Origin: Nageia nagi
Lineage: Eukaryota; Plantae; Pinophyta
Length of the DNA: 64,000 bases
Assembly: GCA_050084985.1 (NCBI GenBank)
Contig: JBITNC010000001.1
Coordinates: 154,566,001 to 154,630,000, forward strand
Direction: 5' to 3'
A program made the translations under genes and the position numbers. The notes beneath the pieces were generated by a model. That model was not told the DNA's origin. It was given only the letters and a program-made list of their open reading frames with translations, and searched no databases. The stretch's first letter is position 1. Each line of letters begins with the position of its first letter. Below, piece by piece: positions 11,180 to 24,574 of the stretch.

Positions 11180-12400
11180 TGCTTGAATTAGGGAGCTGGA
11201 TAGACCATGTTAGATTCCATATTTAAGATTGTTCTATGATTCGAACTAGATTCAATAACCTTTGCAAGTGTTCTTCTAACATGTTGCATCTTAGCGTATT
11301 TATAAGAGGTTGCATTCATCTATAGAAAAAGAGTAATAAGTGGATTTCACTCTAATTTTATTATGAAAAATGCTCTCATATACATGCATACTAAGTTTGG
11401 GAGCATACAAAAAGACCATATGCTCTTTGAAAAAATGAAATAGAGAGACACCATAACATGGATTGTAATGATCATAGGATATGCACATAATGAGTATGGT
11501 TTGGAGGCCATCAATTATTTTCAAAAAATGTAATTGGTTGGTTTCAGATCAAATTCAATAACCTTTGGTTTTGAGGTCCTCAAATATTTTTAAAAAATGC
11601 AATTGATTGATTTCAAACTAGATTCAATAACCTTTTAAATTATTCTCCTTATATATGAAACTTTTGTAGCTTTAAAATAGGGCATGCACATTCATGGATG
11701 AATAGCTAGATGTGGGTTTCTTTCATAATTGTGATAATAGACCTAATAGACATGTATTGAAAATGTGGGAGCATTAAGAATTGAAGTATTTTATTTGAGA
11801 AGATATGTGATACACAAATAGTTTCATGGAATACATAATCATTATAGGATATGCAAGGAATGGTTGTAGCAAGGAATCCATCAACCTATTTTAATAAATA
11901 GAATATGTGGGTATTAATCCAGATGATATTACATTTGTGAGTATGTGGAATGCAATGATCATAGAATATGCATATAATGAGTATATTTTGGAGGCCCTCA
12001 AATGTTCTCAAAAATTAATTGGTTTCATACTTGATTCAATAACCTTTGTAAGTACCTACATGTGCAACTCTTGCATCTTTAAAATGTGGTATGGACAAAT
12101 ACTAGATGTGGGTTTCTTTTATATGCAATTTTGATAGCATCCCTAATATACATGTATTCAAAATGTGGAAGCCTTATGCAAGAAAGTGTTTCATTAGATG
12201 ATATATGTGGTATGAAAGGAATGGTTGTAACAAGAAATCCATCATTAAACTATTAAACAAAGAAGCCATCAAACTATTTGAACAAATCGAATATGTAGGA
12301 ATTAATCTAGATGATGTTACATTTGTTAGTGTATTATCTCCATGTAGTGAAATAGGACTATGAATACTTAAAATTCATGAATGATTATTATCATATTATA
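11180..12400 (+). pseudogene. PLS-class PPR pseudogene (several P/L/S motifs)
   Basis: DSITFASVL, ALIYMHTKFGSI, RDTITWIVMIIGYAHNEYGLEA, LIDMY*KCGSIK, GINPDDITFVS, WNAMIIEYA; many stops. Confidence 0.85.
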
Positions 12401-12899
12401 ATAGTAAAAATAATTTAAAAAATAGCATGCTAATAAAACTTGATACAATTATGATAACATCCACTTCAATCAAACTTATTTTATGAAGCTCGAAACTCAG
12501 TTGCTTCTCTTTAATCTTTCACTAATAGGATTCTATATAAACCAAGTTATTCAAATATATATGATAAATAAAAAACCTACTAAGCTAAGTAATAGTCATA
12601 AAGAAATGACCATAGGGAATAGATACCTCACTTTCTTTATTTTCAACATTTGGACCCATGTGATATATTGTCTCACTTTATCCAAAAAAATATTTATATA
12701 AATTTTATATATAATATTATCCATGAACACTTAAAAAATGGGATGCAATGCCTAAATGGCATTTATAGGTTCCTTAATTGCATACCAACTTTGTTTTGGA
12801 ATAGTAATTAAACAATACATAATAAAAAAAAGACATATGCCTTTTTCTCCATGTAAACTAAAATTTAAAGTGAAAGTGAATAATTTCATGGATTTAAAT

Positions 12900-14400
12900 G
12901 ATTCCAAGGTATACAAAGAATTGTTTTATGAGAAATTATTATAAGGGATACAAACCATTTTCACCACTTCAAGGATGTATAGTGTTCATGTGGTGACTAC
13001 TGGTGATTGACTAAAGAATGTTTGTTATGGAAATGTAATGAATATTTTTTTAGAAAATAATATATTTTATAAATTAAGTAATTAAAAAGTGTAGAATATA
13101 AAAAACTTAAAAATATGCACAAAATGTATGTTGAAAGGGTCCATGAATTATTTGATACAATCCCTCATCAAGATGTAATCTCATGGACTGCAATGATCCT
13201 AGGATATACATAAAATAGGTTTTGTGAAAAAGGCTCTAAAGAATTTTAAGTAAATGCAAATATCAGGTGTAAATCCAAACTCTACAATCTTTTTCAGCAT
13301 TCTCATAGCATATGTCATCATGGGAGATTTCAATATTGGTATGAACATGTATCAAAGAGTAGTTGAAAATGGCTTTTCATTGAATATTATGGGTTTGAAT
13401 ACCCTAATAGACATGTATGAAAAATGTGGATGAACACATAAGGTCTAATAATTATTTGGTAAGATGCATGATGCAAACATAATTTCATGGAATGAAATGA
13501 TAGTAGGATATGCATAATATGATACAACATAGTTTCATAGACTAAAATAATCGTAGGATATGCACAAAATTGATACCTTGAAAGGGCTCATGGATTGTTG
13601 AGGCATACACTACAATGATCCCAAGATACATATAAAATGGGTTTTATGAAAAGTCTCTAGAGACTTTTAATAACATGTAATTTTCAATTGCAAAGCCATA
13701 CTCTACAATCTTTTCCAATATTCTTCTAGCATATTCCACCATGGGATATCTTGAAGAAGGTATAAACATCCATTAAGAAGTAGTTGGACATATCTTTTCA
13801 TCAAATACTAAGGTTTTGAACACCTTGATAGGCATGTATGCAAATGTGGAAGAATACACAAGGCTCAAGAATTATTTGATAAGATGCATGATGTAGAGAA
13901 GCTTCATGGATTGCAATGATTGGAGGATATGCAATTTATGAATATATAAAGAATGCCCTTAAACTCTTTGATTTGATGAAGTGCTTAGGAATAAACCCTA
14001 ACATCATAACCTTTGTATATATTTTACTTGCATACAGCCATGCAAATCTAGTGGATGAGCTCATAAGTACTTTAATAGCATGAGTCCCTTTTATTGCATT
14101 ATTGTTAGGGTGAATAATTATAAATGCATTGTTAAACTTGTTGGTTATGTAGGCTATCATTATCAAGATGCCCATTAAACCTGAATCAAATATGTGGAGA
14201 ATTTTCAATACTTCCATGACCCAAAATGCAATACTATATAAATATATTATTTAGCTTCTTGGTTGTGTTATGCATTTAGATGAAGCAAAATATTTAATAA
14301 ATAGTATTGCAATAAACTATATTATTGCATGGTGGAGTGTTTTGCTTTGTACCTTAACCACTCATAATATATGAAATTATACAATACATGTATGGTTGGC
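12900..14400 (+). pseudogene. PLS-class PPR pseudogene reaching the E domain
   Basis: DVISWTAMILGY, GVNPNSTIFFSIL, NTLIDMYEKCG, LFDKMHD, GINPNIITFVYILLAYSHANLVDE, IKMPIKPESNMW; stops and frameshifts throughout. Confidence 0.85.
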
Positions 14401-14899
14401 CTTCCTAGTCATGTTCATCATTTAGATAAAAATACTAGATAAATAGAATGTTGAATGATCTTCTTGACTATATTTCTACCTTCACTAGTTTGTAAGAAAT
14501 GGTGATGAATCGTAGTCACCTTCTTTTTTACCTAGTGGGAGTGAGAGCATGTTTCCTCGGAGTGGGAGTGAGTGGGAGTGAGACACTTTACAAATTTTGG
14601 GTGGGTGCCAAATTTTAGAATGTTCCTACCCAAACATTTTTATTTTTTATATATTAATATATAAAAATGATTCAACATTACCTAAAAAATGATATTATAT
14701 ACCTAGATAAATCAATAATTAAAAAGCATCATTTGAGAACTATCATAAATCAATCATCATTAAAGCCTGTGAAATTTTTTATTTTTTTTTTAAATAAAAA
14801 TTTATTTTCCTTTCTAGGGATGCCATGAGTGAGTCAATATCCTCCAAATATTGAATCATCTCTTGCATGTATCTAGCTAATTAAAATTTAACCCTATCA

Positions 14900-17800
14900 A
14901 GGGGTACCACATGTTTTCTACAATATTCTTGGAACTCAATGACTCCTTTTTAGCATTTGTCAAATGTACTTGATCTTAAAACTCTATATAGGGTAACCAC
15001 ACATGAGTTATGAAGTATTAAAAGAATCAAATAGCTTATTTTATAGATATTTCCTAGAGAATTTCATCAATTTATTCATGTTCAACTTTATACCATTGAA
15101 TCTATCAAAGTATCTTCTTCCAACTTTTGAATCTCTACCTTCATGTCTTGTAATTTGAGCTTAAATATGATGAAAGTATCATGTATTTGTATAAAACTTT
15201 GATCAATGATATCCTTGACTTCATTGGCCAACAATTGGATCTCAATTAAATTCTTTACACTTTCTTTTGATTGATTCTTCTCTAATAGAGCTCCATAATT
15301 GAAGAATTACATATGGGAAAATCCATGGTTCATTTTCCCATATAAGTCATGGTTGATTTTCCTATATGATCCATGTCTAATTTTCCCAATTAAACTATCT
15401 TGATCTTCCTTTAATTCATCTTCCAATTCCTTTAATTATTCTTTTAATTCTTTTATTCTTCTACATATAACACACAACTAGTTTTTCCATATAAGTAGTT
15501 CTATATTCATCTATTCATCAAATATATACTTTATCTATATGAATGATTAAACTTATTGCATCCTTTGGTCACCTTCATTTATTATATAATTTTCTTACTA
15601 AGATCTTCCTATCTTCTTCAATTCTCATAAAATCTTTAGAGTAATTTTGATGGTATTAATAGTGTATAAGTGTAATCATTATCATCATTATTTGAATCAT
15701 CATCACTTTTTATCATATCCTCAAGGATCTATAAATATGAATTTAGATCAACCCCTTCTAACCATGGTGCATTATTTACTTGTTATGGAGTTTATGTCAA
15801 AATTTTGAGAACTATCTATTTCTTATACTATAGGTCATCCTACTTTATTTTATTTCTTATTTCCAAATTCTCCCCATTACTATCATCTCCACCATCTATT
15901 CCTCCTCCTCCTTGATCAAGATTCTTTACAATACCAAAAATGTTTGATGCTTTTCTCATGATATTTTGGCTTTTTTGAGTGGGGTTTTCAGTGATAGCTT
16001 TTATGCTTTACTTGATGAAGAATATTTTTCTAAATTATGTATAGGTATTGTAATATATTATAATCTACCTTATTCTCCTCTTTTATCCTTTCTTGGAGAA
16101 GAGAAGTGAGGCTACATGGCTCATGGAGTTGGTGGCCACTTCTCCTTCTTCTTTACTATCTTCATAATCTTCAATGTTTATTTATTTATTACCATCATCC
16201 TCAATTCTAATTTTTGTTGAGCTATCCTACCTCAAAGAGATTCTTGAACTACTTGATCCTTCCCCATCTAAAGAATTGCCTTAATTTTCATTGGTATATG
16301 CTTGAAACTCTTTTTCTCTTTGATATATTATTAGATATTAGCCTTGATTAAGTTTTTCTTTATCAAAATTTGCTTTCTCATTGAAGGCTTGCATGACCTC
16401 ATCAACCAAGTTCATAGTAACACCATCTTTGGGATATTCTTTTGGGGTGTATGTGATTTGTAGCAAATCTATTATATTGAAATTTTCCATTGTACTAATT
16501 TGATCAATTTACATAAATTGGTTAGATGATTTTCCAATTAGTGCCCTTGTTTAGAGAGGTAGAGGAAATGTTCTAAGAATATTAGAATCATTTGGTGAAA
16601 GAGGGAAAGCATTTATCTTATCTTTATTATTTTCCTTCTCTAGGTCTCTTTTTATTTTTTTATCTACCTCAATTAATTCAATGTTTGAAATTATATTTCA
16701 ATACCTTTTGAGTTATCCTAATGACATAAGAGGATTTGAAATTATCTTTGAAATATTGATCAATGATTCCATTAGGTTCATAGTTATTTACTACATTAAT
16801 TGCACCAAGAGAGTAGTTTGAGAGTTCATCAACCATTATTGTAACCTCTACCAAATAGTTACATGCATGATACCCCAAGCTGAAAACAATCATTATCATC
16901 CTAAATTTCTTTATCAATAAATGTTCATATTGATACTTCATTTTCTTCATGAATTTAAAAATCATTATCTTTTCACCCACATATTTGGGTAGCTTTACTT
17001 GTTGTATATCAACCTCATAAATATAGATATATAATATGTTAGGATATTCCAAGTAGAAGTCTACAAATTCTTTGATTTCTTTCATATTTTCTTCTAATAT
17101 CCTCTCCACAATATAAGGTCTCTTAAAATCTTTATAGATTGTAAATTCTCATTTATCCTTTCTCATTTTTACATCTTCCCACATAGGATAGGCTAAGTAC
17201 ATAAGAACTCTAGGTTTTCCAATCCTTTCTTTTATACCACTAGCCTTTTATCTATTCTTGTCATGCAACATTAGCTGCATGATATAAGAATTCATGTATA
17301 ATTTGAATGTTCCTCTCATCAAGTCTAACTCTTTATCAATGCATTGCTAATCACTTGACTCCATCAAAGTCTCTTTTCATATATTAATTTAAGGAGTAAA
17401 ACTAAGAGATCCTTCTTGAATCTAGCATTTGTACCATGATTAATCATACAAATAAGAAAACTCAATAAAGTTCTATTATTATATTGAAATAAAATCCTTT
17501 CAAATAACAACACCCTTCGGTGATCTAAATCCTTATACTTTAGTTTGAGTAAGTCCCTAATGAGGTTTGTTGTCTTATGTACTTTATTGTACTTTGATTT
17601 CAATTATTATTTGGTATATACAATGCCTCAATTAGACTAGATGAATTATTCCATAATGCCTATAGAAGAAAAATTAGTTATGAATTCACCTTTATAATAT
17701 TTAACAACTCTACTTTTGAAATTATAATATCCCACAACTTCCAAGGTTAACTTTAGGAATTTTATAGCAAATGGGAATATAGCTAACTTGAATAGACCAA

Positions 17801-18010
17801 AAGAGTAGATGACATCATCCTATTTCTCTTTTTTTGTTAACTTATTTGCATCCTTGTATATTTTTCAAGGATCATTGTGGCTTCATTTAGTGTCTTTTAT
17901 GTATTTTAATCTATCATAGAATATTTATTCTTGGTTTGATCTTCCTTCCTTGCTCAAATCAATCAAAGATGCTTTGGTTAACCTCTTAATTACTCATTCT
18001 CTTCGAACAC
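14900..18010 (-). mobile_element. Decayed long accessory ORF of a Ty3/gypsy-type element
   Basis: Minus-strand remnants WSQVIS..IDKELDLMRGTFKLYMNSYI and DFYLEYPNILYIYIYEVDIQQVKLPKYVGEK, followed by acidic/coiled-coil stretches. From memory these resemble retrotransposon-associated hypothetical proteins of conifers; no pol domains seen here. Confidence 0.45.
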
Positions 18011-18399
18011 TCATCCTAAATAATAAAAAATATGAATTATAAATTTTATAATATAAACCTTTATTTTTCTTAGTTAGATTCAAATTTTTATCAACAAAAG
18101 ATGCAATCTTATTTAATAATTCATTTGGATCCACCCCAAAGAAATGATTTAAAACCTTTATTTATTCCAAGTTCAAATCAAACAATTCATATTGAGATTA
18201 TTGTTGATAAGTTCTTATTAATATCAATGTTGATTCTATTGATATGACCTATTGTTTGAGAGTTTATTTAAGTTATGATAAGGTTTTCATTATCCTTAAT
18301 TAGGTTTAAAATTTCTTCATCAATTCTAGAATATTTTTGGTAGTGACTAATTTGGGTCTAACAAACTAAGTTGTTCTTTTAAAAATCCTAAGTTCCATA

Positions 18400-21300
18400 G
18401 CACTTAATAGTGGTGTAAAGAACCAAACCTTTCCATACTACTAAAAGGAGGAAATTTTTAAAAAATTCTTTAGTTTTTGCTAAGTGTTATATTGCACTTT
18501 AAAGCATTACTGAGTATTCAAGATTCTTTACCATGTGTTGTAGGAATAAGTACTAGAAATATTTCATTTCTCCAGGAAATGACCATTACAAGATCCAAAC
18601 TTTAGGTCTTTGTAATAGATGGAAGAGGAAGGAACTTAACATCCTAACCTAAGTCACTAACATGCATGTCCCTTAGGTGTAGACTCCATATTTTTATGTG
18701 GGAGATTATATATGGATAATAATCTTTCCTCTACAAACTCTTGATAACATAGAGGTATTAAACTACCATAATTAAAGAATCATAGACCCCTTGACAAATG
18801 TGTCTAACTATAATTCACTCAAAGGATAAATACATAATTATAATTTAATGGTTTATGAGTTTGGGCTTACCCTAAAATCATAAACCCAATTCTCATTATA
18901 AGGAGACTCCCAACCATAATAGATATACAAAAGATAAGATATAATTCTCTAGATTGAATTGAACTAGCATCTATGACCAAAATACAAGGAAACATTCCAT
19001 GAGTTCGATCTAACACACTCCAAGGATTATACCTTATATATGCAAAACCCTAAATGGTACAAATAATTAGAACAAAATAGAAAATATTTGACCTACAAGA
19101 GTATTTAGGCCTATTGTTCAATAAGAGCCTTGAACACTACTACATAATCAACTTCAAATGCTATTTTGACTATTATACCATGTGACCTTGCTATCTTAGC
19201 ATAGTGAATACAAACCTTCTACATGGTCAATTTGAAAGGATAACCCTTATTGCTTGATATTATAAGACATAATTTAAGATATTCCCTTAATATATATACA
19301 TGATAAAAGATAAGATGACTATCATCTATAGTCACAATTTGTTTGAATACAACACACCCATAAAAGATAATATTATAGTTTATCATTGTTTCCCTTAGTC
19401 AGGTTTATATCATTGTTAATAACATTCAATATTTTTTGTAGTTGATCATTTTGGTTTAACTAACTAAAAAATATTTTGAAAAATCTAAGTCCAAAATTTG
19501 TAGGTTGAGTCAAGACATTTTTCGATAAGTTTCATATTTTCCTTATTATCATTTCTTCTATATGATCCATATTCTTCCTTAGAAAAATTTACCTCAAGTC
19601 TTCATAGTTGTCCAACTCATAATCATCCAAGTCACTTTGATCACCTAAAAGTATAAAAATGTTAATTAGATTGAGACAAGGTTTAAAATATTACCTTGGC
19701 TTTTTCTTATCATTTTCCTCGAAGATTTAACCAATGTAAATACTTGAGTTACCTTATTAATTGAGTTAAATCCAAGAGGAGGTTGATGAAGTCCAAATTG
19801 GGTAGTGATTTGCTTCAAAAAATTTGAACTTGATACAAGCTCTTTCTAGCTACTATAGATGACCTCATATTTATAAGTAATGGATGGTATTAAAGGGATA
19901 AATGATATGAATTAGGCAAGATATGTGATGCTAGATCAATGGTTATGAGTCTAGGTTTACATAGAGATCAAAGTGGGCATACATTAGCCAAATCGAGCAA
20001 TATGATGATGTGATTGGGGTAAACAAATGGAGGAAAATTTATTTAATTTGAAAAAGAGGAATACATTGGTTGTATTATGAAAGATGATAATAAAATACAA
20101 TGTAAGAGGTATAAGATTAACTCAATCCAACCTAAAGCAAAAAAAATGGAAAACTTGGATAATCAAATTGGGGAAGATGATGATACACATGAACCAAATA
20201 TTAACAATATGTTTGATATGAATAAAGGAAATGTGTTGGTTATATCAAGGAGGTTTATGAAAATAAATTTTTTTTGTTGAAAACCTTATCAATATGACTA
20301 ACTAGAAAATAACTTGAGTGAATTTATTTGGTCAAATTGGGGGAAATGATGATAATATTATTTAATGGAAATTGGATTTGATGGATTTTATTAACTAAAA
20401 AATGACTCAAATAAAAGCAATTAGTCAAGTTAAGGAAGGTTACTATAATGACACAAGTAACAGGTCAACCAACATGGCTATCAAGATGGAGACCACAAGG
20501 AACCAAAGATGAGGGTTGCAGGGAATAGATTGGTAAGAGTGAAGAAATGATTGGCATTGAATTACTAAAAACCACAAGGAATATTTTAGATCATGTAGAT
20601 GCATATCATCATTATCATGCTTTATTTCAATTTCAATAATGTATATGTGTATGTACTAATGAATTACCTTGTAAGACAAAGGTCATTCTAGGTAAAAAAA
20701 TGAGTTTTAAAATTATATACATTTTGAAAATTGTTTAATGAGAGAAGGAATATTCCAAAGGTCTAAATTCAAATTTTTAATTAGGAGAATTTAAAAAAAA
20801 ACTAAGGTGTAAATAAAATTAGTTTTCTTATTTTGTTAATTGCAAGTGGACTTGGAATTTTGGAACAATTATTTAAAGGTACCCACATAATTTGTCTTCA
20901 TATAGGAAATTATTATAAAATTTTTATATTGTAATAGGAGGTGACTAAAGTTTTTTTTAAGAGAATATGCCATCCAAAAATGTAATTTATTAACATCCCC
21001 CTCAAAGCAAAAAGTAAAGGACCTACACCTACCAAATAAATTAAATTAGTTTTGGAGGGAATATACAAAATGTGCCTATAAATACCCTTGGTTTCTTAAG
21101 GAAAATATATATCTCTCCCTATATTATTTGCTTTGGTTCCTATGAGGAAAAGAGTCTCCTCATTCTCAATTCACCAATTATATTATCTAGGTGTTCTCTT
21201 TCTTAAAACTTTTATTCTTCAATGTTAAAAATTTGACTTGAGATCTAGTCCTTGAAGAATGATATTTAATATCATAGGATGGAAGAATGTATTATGTTTG

Positions 21301-24113
21301 TCCTATCTTATTTATATGCTTTTAAAGCAAATATATAGTATTATATTAATAAAATACTCTTGTTGATTGATATAAGTATGTGTTTTTATTTGTTTCAATC
21401 TTAGAGTGATTGAATTGTTAAAGATGACTTTTCAGTTTGTACATAGAAAATTATGCTCATTAACTCTTTTGCATGAGGAATTAATGTATATCTTGTATTA
21501 GGTTGTAAGATAAACCTTTATTTTAAGTTTAGTATTTTGATATGATAGGAAATGATATGGGTACAAAATTGAAGAAGAGACACTTCATTGATATGAAAAA
21601 ACCCATGTGAAGTTTGTACCTTTATTGGTGGGTTTGGTAATCTATCCTATTGTTGAGAAGACCATTGTATGTGCTTCCTACACTTATTAGTTACATAACC
21701 ATAGACTTGTTAGAAAAACCCCTTTTGCATATCATGCTAGGATTACAATATGTATAACTAGGCCTTACAACCCATTTCAAAAGAACACTAGCTGATGTTG
21801 CAAAGTTTGGATTTACACTTGAAAACTACAACTGCTTAAATGCCCCTATAGCCTTTCCAAAGAATCCATTTTGCACATTAACGAGAAAATTGGTTAAGTC
21901 TGGTTTCATACTAATCTATTGCAACTATGTAGAATCAAATTATGGCCATTTCTAGATGAACAAGGGTAGAGGTTGTAGAGTTTCACTTTACACTAGATAA
22001 TTGCATCTATTTATGTCATTTGATGGCTTATTTTTGGAAGAATGCTAGTAGTGGTCATAAAGTTTGGCTTTATAGTTGATAGTTGCATCAACTTAAGTGT
22101 TGATGTAATCTTTTTATAAAACCCATTTTGTGTGCATCCTATCATATATGTTGGATCTTGCATACATATTTATTTTATCTCATGATGGTTCATTATAAAA
22201 TAATGCTATATCAACATTTCAGTGTATTTGTCATCGAACTCTATGAGAACACATTTTGATTAAACATAGTAGGACTATGCTTCACTAAAAACTCTATCAA
22301 CAAATTCTAGCCTCTTTTAAACATCAATGCTTTCTCCAAAATCTTCGAGCATTAGATAGAAAATTGATGTGGCTTTCTGTTAAGCAATTCATAGGTCTTT
22401 TCAATGCATCATTTATTTATTTATTTTATTTTATTTTTTCTTCCTTTTACATCCAATATTTTAGAAAGAAAACTTTATGTCAAATAAATCATAGGTTTTT
22501 AGACTATCCTTGTGGGCCATATAAACTTAGTAAGGTATTCTAAAAAAAAAATATTCATAGATCCTAAAGGTATAAGGAAGCACCTTATGAATCTTTATTT
22601 TGAATAAATTAGTGAAGTTCAAATTATTCAAATAAAATATGAATTTCTTATTTATAGACATTCAAGTATAAGAGGTGCAAGTATATTGTTTACAAGAATA
22701 AATATATACTTGTGACCCTTTTATAATTTTCATTAAAGGTACTAATGATCTTGTATAAGCCATGGATATGATGTCATAGAATGAGAAAATATCTATATTC
22801 TTTATTTATGTTGAATTTAATAAATAATTAGCATTTATATTTGATCCAAGAATGGTAACCTCTAGAGACCAAGAATAAGCTATTGCTTACCATGATTTGA
22901 CTTAGTTTTATGGGTACTAAGTTTCCCATTGTGTTATGAAAATTAATGAATGATGTTTTTATTTGACCCCATGATAAAGAAAGATAAGTAATTTATCAAT
23001 AAGGCCCTGAACCTATCAAATTTTGAATGGGGTGTTATTTGTGATATTATGACTTGAATTGGAAGATGTAATTGGAAAGTTATTAGACTTCATGGTCAAG
23101 GAAGATAGGTAGCCTCTATCGAGGTATAAATCCTATTGAGATCAAGTTGGAGTATTGTATGATTTAATTGTATGATATGTTGCATTAAGGATAGAATGAG
23201 TTTCATGAATCCAAAGAGCTATTCGAATCCTCATAAACTCTAACTAAATCCTAGTACTCAAAATTACATCACTTTGGTTTCCTTGGATGGAGGCATGTTT
23301 GAGGATGATAATAGATGGATGGAAGCTCATTAAAGATAAGTATGGTGACAAGGAGCAACTTAAAAGTTGAAAATGCTCGAAAAAGGGGTTATTGAAAATT
23401 GTACTATAAAGGCAAACTCTAGTTTGATATACTAAGTATGTAGAATCAATGACTCATGAAAAATATGATGTACTTCTAAAAATGATCACAATATGTGGTT
23501 AGGATCATACTAGAAGTAATGTGATTCTTTTATGGATGAACCATTGAAACACCTTACTTATAAATGTGAAGTCTTAGATGATTTATATGATGTATTCTAT
23601 AAACAATGAAGCTTTTGATAAGTTCTATGCCACATTGCTTTGTCACCTTTTTTTGAAGTAATGATTTTACTTATATTAATAAATTATGATTGAGTGTACC
23701 TTCTTAGTTTCATTATTGAGCTTTCTCAAATTACTTCTTTATTATGTTTGATGAGTTATTAATTTTGGGTTTGATAGACATGGTTACTAATAAAATTTAT
23801 TAGTCTCAACCATCCACTTGGGGTATTGTGAACTTAATACCCATGGCTCCCTAAGTTATGGGCATGGGGATGTCAAATTCCATGGTGGGCCTAGCTGATA
23901 GTTATGGGTAGGCTAGTGTCCCATACCCTCAACAAGATGTTAGATGAGGGTAGAAATCAATAAAAATATGATTACCGAGTGAGGGTAACTCATATTCACA
24001 CTACTTGCAATTAGCATATAGAAGTAGGATGATTTTTCCATAGGCAATGATGTTATCCATTCATATGGATGATTACCTAGTACAATCTATCTATTCCTAT
24101 AAATCAAAGAGTT
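18400..24113. mobile_element. Mixed, highly decayed LTR-retrotransposon sequence (LTR-like segments, gypsy pol traces ~22450-23600)
   Basis: LTR-like composition with TATA CCTATAAATACC at ~21076 and faint RT/integrase-like codon runs; no boundaries resolved. Confidence 0.3.
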
Positions 24114-24118
24114 ATCAT

Positions 24119-24434
24119 TGAGAGAACTATAATGTTCTTTATTACTCATAAAAATGAGTTACATATATAGGCTTTGTGAGCCATTCCAAGACAAGCTAAA
24201 TGGTTGAGATGCATGATTCTCACACCATAACAAATATCACAAATAGCACACCTACGTGAACTACAAGACAATAAGTGATGCCTATCCTAACAAATAGGCT
24301 AAGTATGGAATATGGTCAACATAGACCAAATATTCCTCATAAGCTAATATTAATACTTTAGGAAATACTCTTAGTCCTAATTAATTAATCCTAATAACTT
24401 AGGACTTAGGGATATGTAGGGTATAATTCCAACA
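24119..24434 (-). repeat. 3' LTR of the pol-less element
   Basis: TG...CA, adjacent to the PPT, 307/316 identical to 28394-28709. Confidence 0.97.
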
Positions 24435-24574
24435 TTCTCCCCTTTAATGCTAAGTAACTCATGCAAGAGTTCTTAAGCATCACAAAGTTGAAAGAAACAT
24501 AACCTTTTTTGTTTCCTCCAATCATACAATAAAAAATCAAAATTTTCAAGAAATAAGTGGTGGCACTCCTTCCA

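Noticed and set aside
9730-12810. The ~680-bp direct repeats as LTRs of a TRIM-like element
   Set aside because: No TG..CA ends, PBS, PPT or TSD; the repeats contain PPR coding remnants.
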